A DNA stretch of 64,000 nt from Octopus sinensis (taxonomy: Eukaryota), in NCBI RefSeq assembly GCF_006345805.1, contig NC_042999.1:107384001-107448000 (forward strand), read 5' to 3'. A model generated the notes under the pieces. The model was given only the letters and a program-made list of their open reading frames with translations. It had not been told where the DNA came from and did not search any database. Position numbers and translations under genes: made by a program. This document shows, piece after piece, positions 25,124 to 33,635 of this stretch (position 1 is its first letter; every line of letters starts with the position of its first letter).

Positions 25124-25330
25124 CGGAGATGTACTTGCATAGCAAGTGACCTGACCTGAGATCGTGTGCTGGAACAAAAACAATTGTAGCATGGAAGGTG
25201 TTTATAAGCCTTTTAAGAAATGCACAAAACCGTTAGATTCACTTCATTTAAATTTTATTTGTCAAAATATTTTCTTCGCTTTGAGACCACGACCTGTTCA
25301 CTGACAAAACTTCTCGTCAACAAATTTAAA
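25120..25330. mobile_element. Penelope-like terminal repeat (same family as 13185-13480)
   Basis: Shares gtacttgcatagcaagtgacctga..gcatggaaggtgtttataagcc and cgctttgagaccacgacctgttcactgacaaaa with the 13.2-kb copy. Confidence 0.55.
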
Positions 25331-25476
25331 AGATGTGTGTGTATGTGTATGCATGTGTGTGTATGTGTATGTGTGTGCATGTGTATGTGTGTGTGCATGT
25401 GTGTGTGTGCATGTGTGTGTGTGTGGTGTATGTGTAAGAGGGCACATGGCTTAGTAGTTAAGGTGTTGTACTCATG

Positions 25477-25510
<34 letters not shown>

Positions 25511-25634
25511 ATATATATATATATGTATATATATATATAATTTTTCAATATTCATTTTAACACAAGCATCTTGTAATGACCATTGCAACTAAACAACTGT
25601 TACATTATTTTTTACGCAATTAACAGAGCTAACG

Positions 25635-25850
25635 TTGATTTCAAATTTTGACACAAGGCCAGCAACTTGGGGGTAAGGGCTAAGTAGATTGCATCGACCC
25701 TAGTGTTCAATTGGTACTTATTTTCTTGGTTCCAAAAGGATGAAAGGCAAAGTCAACCTCAGGAGAATTTGAACTTAGGGCATAAAGACAGACAAAATCT
25801 GCTAAGCATTTGGCTTAGCATACCAATGATTCTGACAGTTCATCACCTTA
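25635..25850 (-). mobile_element. SINE family B
   Basis: tttgacacaaggccagcaac..aaaaggatgaaaggcaaagtcaacctc..ctaagcattt. Confidence 0.8.
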
Positions 25851-26179
25851 AATTCAGTTAACATTGAAAAATGAAATAGAAATAATTATATCGTAAGATA
25901 CAATGACCCATGTTATTGCTATTTTTCAGAGAACTCCAGATTTGTTTTGGTATTATTATGATCTCATCAGTGAACTGTAGCCTTCGCCCTACTCTCCTAT
26001 AATAAGAATGAAAAAAATCTCTGAATAAATGAAAAATTATACATTGGCTGATATAGGAAAATAGAATTGTTTAAAGAATAGTTTTACTTGCTCAACTCAT
26101 TTGTATATCTACATTTATAATTGGAAGCTTATTGAAGCAATATTCATCATCATCTATTTTTCCATGTGATATAAAAATA

Positions 26180-26381
26180 AATCTTTATTGTTACCATTTT
26201 TTTCCTACTGAAATTACACTGTGTTTCAATTCATTTTGAAAATGATGAAGAATTTAGTGAAGTACCTTTGTCATTATTCAACTGGTGTTTTGAGCATTAA
26301 CAAGACATTTTGATTGGAGATTTTATATAGATCAATTTTAAACTTGCACAATTTCAGACAGGTTGATATTGAAAGGATTAA
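26180..26381. mobile_element. Degenerate piggyBac-like MITE
   Basis: Right end gaaaggattaa (cf. AAAGGG-TTAA); body tgtttcaattcattttgaaaa recurs near 63758-63830, which begins ttaactcttt. Confidence 0.45.
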
Positions 26382-27689
26382 TGGATCTCTTCCATCATAC
26401 TTTTTATCATACCTTTTACTTTGTATTCCCTTTTCATTCTCCAGTACCATTGAATAAATTTCAAGTTTTTATAGGCATTAAAGATTTGAGAAATTTATGT
26501 GTGGATAAAAATTTTAAAAAGCCAGAAAATGTAAGGTATTAAACTTTGGTAAGACCTCCAAGAAACAATAACATTTGAGTACATAGTGTAGTTTAAGATG
26601 ACAATAATTTATTGTGTTGATAATACAAATAATGAAAACATTGAAAGCTCTGAGGAAATTAACACTGTATGCATACTATTAGCTATAAAACAAGCAGCAG
26701 TAAAACCATTCATGAACTGAAGACTGTTGTCTGCTAAGATGGTTCACTTGAGGTAACAGACGTGAAGTTTTGTCACTTATGTGTCCTAATTAAATATAAG
26801 ATACAAAATGACATGAAGTTTTGGATATAGCTGCCATTGTTGACAATAAAAGAGATAACTAATTATCTTGTTGTTCAATGATGCATGTATTGGAATATTG
26901 CCAAAGGTAAAAGTTTGGATATTGGGTTAAATAGAAACTATGTAGACACCTGTCAAACAACCACCATAAATCCAGATAGGCTACTGACCTGAATCTAAGC
27001 CAACATATAGAAATAAAGGAACACACAAAAAATAATAAAAGGAACATAACAGGGATTTTATAGTTTATATAATGTACACATGTTTCAGCAAGCCAATTGA
27101 TGTTAGTAAATATATAAGCTGATTGGCCTTATTATGCAATACAATCAACTCAATTATTCAACATTATCTGCAAAAATACAACTAAAGGTAATTGCAAGCC
27201 CTTATATACACCAGTATGCAAATTAAGTACTATCTGGTTAACATAGCCGTAGAGTTGGGAGGAAGGAATTGAGAGGAAGAGTGTGTAAGAGAGGGATGTG
27301 ATGGGTGATGGGGTGGAGATAGAAATGCTAACATGGCTGTGTCTACATCCATACACACTGCAATAACCTCCACACAATCATGCTTGCTAACATAGATGCA
27401 CACACACATGGACGTGCACGTGTGCATGCACATGCATATATATATATATGGTAGGGAAGAAAGAAAGAAATGGACTTCAGACAATGTAGTGTCAATATTA
27501 AGAACAATAGTAACAAATAACAATAATATTAATAAAATTATAAAGCTGTATTGACAATAATTTTACTAACAAACCAATAATGATAACAGGATCAATAACA
27601 GCCACAATAATAACAACAATGATGACAACGATGACAATGATGATGATGATAATGATGATGATGGTAATGATGATAAAAACAATAATTCT

Positions 27690-27887
27690 TTTTAATTTTG
27701 GCGATAGGTCAGCAATATTAAGGGGAGGGCAAAGTCAATTACATTAACCTAAGTGCTTAATTGCTGCTTATTTTATCAACCCTGAAAGGATGAAAGGCAG
27801 AGTTGGTCTCAAATGCATTTGAGCTCAGAAGGTAAAGAGCCAGAAACATTTTGTCTGACATGATAACAATTCTGCCAGCTCTCTGCC

Positions 27888-27890
<3 letters not shown>
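27690..27890 (-). mobile_element. SINE family B
   Basis: ccctgaaaggatgaaaggcagagttgg..tctgccagctctctgcc. Confidence 0.75.
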
Positions 27891-27954
<64 letters not shown>

Positions 27955-27980
27955 TAATTATAATGATAATGATAATAATA
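27889..27980. repeat. (AAT)n microsatellite; one of many AAT tracts between 27.6 and 31.4 kb
   Basis: Direct observation; other tracts at 28224, 28921, 29708, 30595 and 31118. Confidence 0.97.
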
Positions 27981-27981
27981 A

Positions 27982-28222
27982 GGAAGGCACTCTAGATGCC
28001 GAAATATCGTTCAACTAATTTCACATGACAACTGTGGCACTCTTCTATTTATTTCTGTATAACTTCTAGAGGAGTTACCTCAGTCCTATATAATCTTAAC
28101 AAAAAAGAAAATAATGAAGTAGACTGACATGTAATTTTGATACCTGTGGAAGGCACGCTAGATGCTGAAATATCATTCAACCAATTTCACATGATTACTA
28201 TGGCAATCTTCTATTCATTTCT
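27982..28222 (+). ncRNA. Two decayed copies (period 166 bp) of a minimal type I hammerhead-ribozyme-like motif
   Basis: Copy 1: (a)ggaAGGCActctagaTGCCGAAATATCgttcaa. Copy 2: ttgatacCTGTGGAaggcacgctagatgctGAAATATCattcaa. The consensus is CTGAGGA-A-GGCA/TGCC-GAAA-TA-TC with stem I ttga(t)ac/gttcaa. Confidence 0.5.
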
Positions 28223-28225
28223 TAA

Positions 28226-28264
<39 letters not shown>

Positions 28265-28267
<3 letters not shown>

Positions 28268-28529
28268 GGTCGTCTTTGTGTTTCAAGCTTTCAGAGTTGA
28301 TAAAATAAGTACTAGCTGAGCATTGTGGTTGTAATTGACTTGCACCCTTTTTCAAAATTACTGGCCTTGTGTCAAGATTTGAAACCATTATTATTATTAA
28401 TAATAATGGTTTCAAATCTTGACACAAGGCCAGTAATTTTGAAAAAGGGTGCAAGTCAATTACAACCACAATGCTCAGCTAGTACTTATTTTATCAACTC
28501 TGAAAGCTTGAAACACAAAGACGACCTTA
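28265..28529. repeat. Perfect palindrome, 131-bp arms, 3-nt centre, made of SINE B sequence
   Basis: 28265-28395 is the exact reverse complement of 28399-28529 as read by eye; centre at 28397 within ATT/AAT triplets. Confidence 0.95.
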
Positions 28530-28620
28530 GTGGAATTTGAACACAGAATGTAAAGACAGATGAAATGCCACTAAGCATTTTGCCTGGGATGTTAATAATT
28601 CTGTCCACTTAGTGCCTTAA
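28408..28620 (-). mobile_element. Diverged SINE family B (source copy of the palindrome)
   Basis: Continues beyond the palindrome arm into the family B head (gtggaatttgaacacagaatg..ctaagcattttgcc). Confidence 0.8.
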
Positions 28621-28944
28621 CAATAATTAATAATTCAAATTATGATAAATGTAAGCAATCCAAGTTTGCTTTTAGAAGCACTGAAAGTTATTGAAAGATA
28701 CAGATAAGGAAATAATTTATTCTAAAGCTAGATTTAAAAGTTCAAAAATTGTGGGCAGTTTAGTTTAATGGTAAAGCACTTGACCAGGGATGTGAGTTCA
28801 AGTCACATGGCTGGCCACGGACAAATTTTTCCGCAAAATATGAATATTTTATCCTGCTTTTGCTGTTCTGTCAGCATTATTCTGCATTTAAGAATAAATT
28901 ATTTCCTTATCTGTATCTATAATAATAATAATAATAACAACAAT

Positions 28945-29150
28945 AATGCTTTCTACAATAGGTGCAAGGCTTGAAATTTAGAGGAGAGTACATCAACCCT
29001 AGTACTCAACTGGTTCTTATTTTATCAAACCTCAAAGGATGAAAGGCAAAGTTGACCTCAATGGAATTTGAATTCAGAACGTTAAGATGGACGAAATACT
29101 GATAAGCATTTTTCCCAACATGCCAATGATTCTGCACACTCACTGCCTCA
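28945..29150 (-). mobile_element. SINE family B
   Basis: aaaggatgaaaggcaaagttgacctc..gacgaaatac. Confidence 0.78.
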
Positions 29151-29164
29151 ACAACAACAATAAT

Positions 29165-29690
29165 AATATGACAAAGTTGTAGGGCAGATATACTGGGAAG
29201 TGTGCAGTGAGTGTTGGGTAGAATGTTGCAACATGTGGTATGAGCACCAGCCTTTGCCAGTAGCAGAAAAATATCAGGTGAAGCTCACATGGAATATGCC
29301 AATCCACACTGATAAGAAATTGCAGCAGAACCAATTAGATATCACTCTCCTACTGAAGAAGTCCAAATAATGGGCTTCATCAACATAGCAAAACTTGCAG
29401 ACCAGAATATTGTGCAGGCAGAGCAGGAGAAAGTTGAAAAGTACCAAGACCTACCACTGGATGTGAAACACATCCGTAGAACCTTAACAGCGAAAGTGCT
29501 ACCTATTGTGATTGGCACACTATCTAAAAGACTGCAATATCCTGGTATCAAAAGCTGTGAATACCAAACTTTATAGGAAGTATATAGTGGGCAGCATTTC
29601 TTGAATCAGAACATGAGTTGAGAAAAGTTTTGCTTCTCTAAGCTTTGAGAAAGAGCTGAGACATGACGTGAATAACTGAGGAGAAAAAAG
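29165..29690 (+). pseudogene. Old R4/Dong-like RLE-domain fragment
   Basis: YDKVVGQIYWEVC..WYEHQP..WNMPIHTDKK..INIAKLADQNIVQAEQEKVEKYQDL..VLPIVIGTL; flanked by AAC/AAT runs. Confidence 0.8.
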
Positions 29691-29703
29691 GAAAATAGAA
29701 AGA

Positions 29704-29743
<40 letters not shown>

Positions 29744-29787
29744 TGATGATGATGAATATGATGATGATGATGAATATGATGATGACA

Positions 29788-30592
29788 ACTGAAAGCAGAG
29801 ACTGAAAGTTTCATATTGGCGGCACTAGTTCAATGCTTGCTTACCAAAAACTACCAGGCTAACATTCTTCAAATCAGATCTGACCCTAAATGCAGATTTT
29901 GTGACACATTTGACAACACAATAGACCAATTAATCTTGGCATGTCCTGTGCTGACACCAAATGAGTACAAATATCACCACAATAGCGTAGGACAGTATTT
30001 ACATTTGGGAAATATGTAAACACTACAAAAACAGCAGTCATTGAAGGTAAAAACGTCAGTATCCTCTGAGATTTTCCAATCAACACTGACAGAACATTCC
30101 AAGATAATCTACCAGACATAATCATTAAAGAGAGGGATGAAAATACTTGTAGACTAATAGATGTAAGTGTTCCCACTGATAAAAATATATCTGTAAAAGA
30201 ATTGGACAAATTAAGTAAATATAAGGACCTGAAAATAGAAATACAAAAGATGTGGCATCTTGAAGCAAGAACTGTTCCTCTTATGGTAGGTGACCTAGGT
30301 ATGATAAAAAAAAAAGGGATGTCTGATACATCTAGATAATATCCCAGGAGAACCATGTCTCAGAGAAATGCTAACAGTTTGTGCTAACAAGTACTGCCCA
30401 CATCATGAGAAAAGCCCTATCCATTTAAATGTCTGTGTTCTATTACATGAAGATATTTCACTACTGCCCCTGTCACTTGCCCACTCCAAGATTTCTGTCA
30501 TACTGTAACATCTCTTATCCTTCAATCATCCTAGGACTCTGCGTGTGTCTCAGCAAGGGATTGTAACAAACATGCAGATTAAAAGTAAAAGG
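29788..30592 (+). pseudogene. R4/Dong-like non-LTR 3' fragment (CCHC finger + PD..D RLE + 3'UTR)
   Basis: LKAETESFILAA..NYQANIL..CRFCDTFDNTIDQLILACPVL..EYK.HH..VGQYLH; IL*DFPINTDR..PDIIIK..CRLIDVSVPTDKNISVKELDKLSKYKDL..MWHL..TVPLMVGDLG; ends at an (AAT)n tract. Confidence 0.9.
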
Positions 30593-30612
30593 TAATAATA
30601 GAAATAATAATG

Positions 30613-30675
<63 letters not shown>

Positions 30676-31117
30676 TCAATACACACAGACAGAGAAATTA
30701 AGGCCAACAGACCAGATATAGTTGTCAGAGATCATGAAGAAAAAATGCTTTCTAATTGATGTATCAATACCAGCAGATGACGTGTCTCTAAAAGAAATGG
30801 AGAAACTTTCAAAATACAAAGACCTGGAAATAGAGGTAACTAGAATGTGGAATCTAAAAACAGAAACAATTCCTATCATAGTAGGTGTATTAGGCATGAT
30901 AAAAAATATTCAGACAAATGCATAACAAAAACACCAGGACTTACAAACACATATAACATACAGAAAATTGCACTACTAGGCACTGCACACATCCTACGCA
31001 GAACACTTTCAATACAGTAACCATCAGAGCATCACAACAAATCACAGCACATACCTAAGGCACACAGAGCTGCGCTCGGTAGTGAAGTGAAAGCACGCTA
31101 TAAAAATAAAACTACTG
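30676..31117 (+). pseudogene. Younger R4/Dong-like RLE 3' fragment embedded in (AAT)n
   Basis: IHTDREIKANRPDIVVRDHEEK-CFLIDVSIPADD-VSLKEMEKLSKYKDLEIEVTRMWNLKTETIPIIVGVLG..IQKIALLGTAHILRRTLSIQ*; short UTR, AAT runs on both sides. Confidence 0.92.
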
Positions 31118-31374
31118 AATAATAATAATGATAATAATAATAATAGAAATTGACATGACAGTAGAGCATACCAAAAAATACTGCGCTGTTGTCATTGGTG
31201 CTTGGATGTTAAGTAGATTCCACAATAAGTTCCCATCCAGATGCCAGTGCTTATAATCTGTGGAAAGAGACCCTGTGAGACTTCTGACAACAGGTTTCTG
31301 TCCACTCCCGTAGAATCAACCAGAGCAAGTAAGACTGAGAGTTCTGAGAAGTAATATAACAACAACAATAATAA

Positions 31375-31590
31375 TGATTTCAAATTTTAGCCCAAGACCA
31401 TCAATCTTGGTGGAGCAGGTATGTTGATTACATCAACCCCAGTGCTTGACTGATGCTTATTTTATCGACCCCAAAAAAGATAAAAGGCAAAGTCAACCTT
31501 AGCGGAATTTAAACTCAGATTGTAGTGAGGGACAACTTGCTGTTAAGCGGTTTGCTTGGCATGCTAATGATTCAGCCATCTCGCAGCCTT
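31375..31590 (-). mobile_element. SINE family B
   Basis: ttatcgacccc..aaaggcaaagtcaaccttagcggaattt. Confidence 0.78.
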
Positions 31591-31614
31591 ACCAAAATAG
31601 TAATACTAATAACT

Positions 31615-31812
31615 ACAGCACCTGAAAATTGCAAGGATTTGGAACATGAAGTATGTAAAGACTATGCCAGTGATAACTGGTGCATTAGGGACTGTGAGAA
31701 AGGATAAAACAAATGGTAAAAAGGGCTTGTAATGGAATATCTTATAGAGCTTCTACTGAAGGCTTACCTCTTATGAACAGGGAAGATCATCAGAAGAATT
31801 TTGAACAATTGA
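31615..31812 (+). pseudogene. Short, highly decayed R4/Dong-like RLE C-terminus
   Basis: LKIARIWNMKYVKTMPVITGALGTV..LL*TGKIIRRIL (cf. IPVVVGALG..LLGTARILR). Confidence 0.65.
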
Positions 31813-32004
31813 TAGCTCTTACTGAAATCATGTGGATGATAACTAAGGTTACATACAGGTAATAATCTACAAACCATATAGATCCTATGAGAAATAGGAT
31901 CAATCCCAAATGAAATATAGCAGTGATTGGTCAATTCAAAACAGCTTCAAAACAAAGGAAAAACAAACCATCCATCAGGCATACACACACATATACACCA
32001 CCAC

Positions 32005-32245
32005 CACCATCATCATCATTTAATATCCATTGTCCATACTGGCATGGGTTGGATGGTTTTGACCAGAGCTGGCTAGTTAGGGAGCTGCACCAGACTCTAC
32101 CCTAATTTGATATGGTTACTATGGCTGAGTGCCCTTTCTAATGCCAACCACTTCACAGATTGTGCTGGGTGCTTTTTACATGGCCCTGAATGGGCACTTT
32201 CATGTGGCATCGCACAGGCACTTTTATGTGACACCACATGGTCAC
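32005..32245 (-). mobile_element. Degenerate family E RTE 3'UTR
   Basis: catcatttaatatcc..gcatgggttggatgg..ctaatgccaaccac. Confidence 0.7.
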
Positions 32246-32675
32246 TTTGACATACATATACAAATCCATTTACATGTGCTCATATAGAGACAGAGGTCCA
32301 AATACAAATACACTCTCACACATGTCTGCTCACATCCATGGAGGTATGTTGGATTGTTGATATGGCTGTTTTTGTGTATGTGGAATACTATTATAACACA
32401 TCCTTTTGATATACATGCCCACACACAAAATTGTACATGTATAGGCCGTCATATCATTTAGTCAAGCAACAGCTCCAGATAACATCAAATACACATCTAA
32501 AATTCTGTCATATTGCTATGTAGGTGAAGTCAACATGTAGAACAGTAAGTCTTCCAAGTTAATCATTTCCAAAAACTTATTTCTGAATTATTATCTATTT
32601 TATTACATCCAATTGTTGGTTTTTTGGCCTGTACATTAAGTAACATATTACTTTAAATCATATGTCCCTCTTCAA

Positions 32676-33038
32676 CAATATTTCTCAACCTTTTTACCCT
32701 TGCATAACCCTTAACATAAATTACATGTCTCAAGTAACCCCTGCACAAAAAAGAGAATTATGTATCATATCTTTCTCATATTTTTTCATTGTATTCGGTT
32801 GGCAACTAAGCACTTCCCAGCCATGTGTTTGAATGGCTTCCTTGGTTATATTGGCGATATGAGGGTGGGCGTTGTCGTGTAGCAGAACTCCATGTTGTTG
32901 ATTAGCTCTTTTCTCTTGAATAGCCATGTTGAGTCATTCCATCTGTTGAACACAGAGTTCCACATTGTGGATATTCCACATATTGTGGATAATGTCATTC
33001 AATGATGATTAAGTTGCTATCTCTTAAACCTATCTATT

Positions 33039-33089
<51 letters not shown>

Positions 33090-33293
33090 GGTTGCTATAT
33101 TTTTTGATAACATAATAGGTTTAGATAGGTTGATGTTTATATTACAAAATTACAATAACCAATATGTTGTGCATGTATAGTAATATTACGATCATGAAAC
33201 TAGCATTAGCTTACCTCACTCTTTCTCACAGAACCCCTAGGAACCTTTTGCCAGAACCCTAGGGTTCCAGGGAACCCCGGTTGAGAAACGTTG
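32676..33293. mobile_element. hAT (Charlie-like) MITE
   Basis: TIRs caatatttctcaacc / ggttgagaaacgttg (cf. CAGTGTTTCTCAACC); subterminal gaacccc repeats; right flank ctctagag, left flank ctcttcaa (decayed 8-bp TSD); a second 5' portion at about 42668-42830. Confidence 0.8.
32794..32970 (-). pseudogene. Mariner fragment (TIR-like end + catalytic-domain piece) nested in the hAT MITE
   Basis: TA then ttcggttggcaactaag (mariner-TIR-like), joined directly to the reverse complement of AIQEKRANQQHGVLLHDNAHPHIANITKEAIQTHGWEVL. Confidence 0.8.
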
Positions 33294-33377
33294 CTCTAGA
33301 GATATATCATTTGATAGTTTATAAGTAATAAGCATTTATAATATAATCCCATTTTTATTGTTGTTGACGTCATTGCT

Positions 33378-33635
33378 TGTGGAGGTGTGTGACTTGGTGA
33401 CTAGGGTGTTGGACTCATGATCATAAGATTGTGGTTTCAATTCCTGGATCAGGCAATGTGTTGTGTTCTTGAGTAAAACACTTCATTTCATGTTGCTCCA
33501 GTCCACTCAGCTGGCAAAAAAGAGTAATCCTGCAACAGACTGACGTCCCATCCAGGCGAGGAATATATACACCATAGAACCAGGAAACCAGCTCTCATGA
33601 ATCAGTATGACTCGAGAAGGTAACTTTACTTTTAC
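33378..33635 (+). mobile_element. SINE family C
   Basis: Matches 23744-24005 head and core. Confidence 0.85.

Noticed and set aside
26985-27010. 13-mer taagccaacatat shared with about 53235
   Set aside because: Such matches are expected by chance in 64 kb of AT-rich sequence; the flanks are unrelated.
28215-28540. Nearly identical ORFs on both strands (MVVIDLHPFSK..)
   Set aside because: A direct consequence of the palindrome made of SINE sequence.
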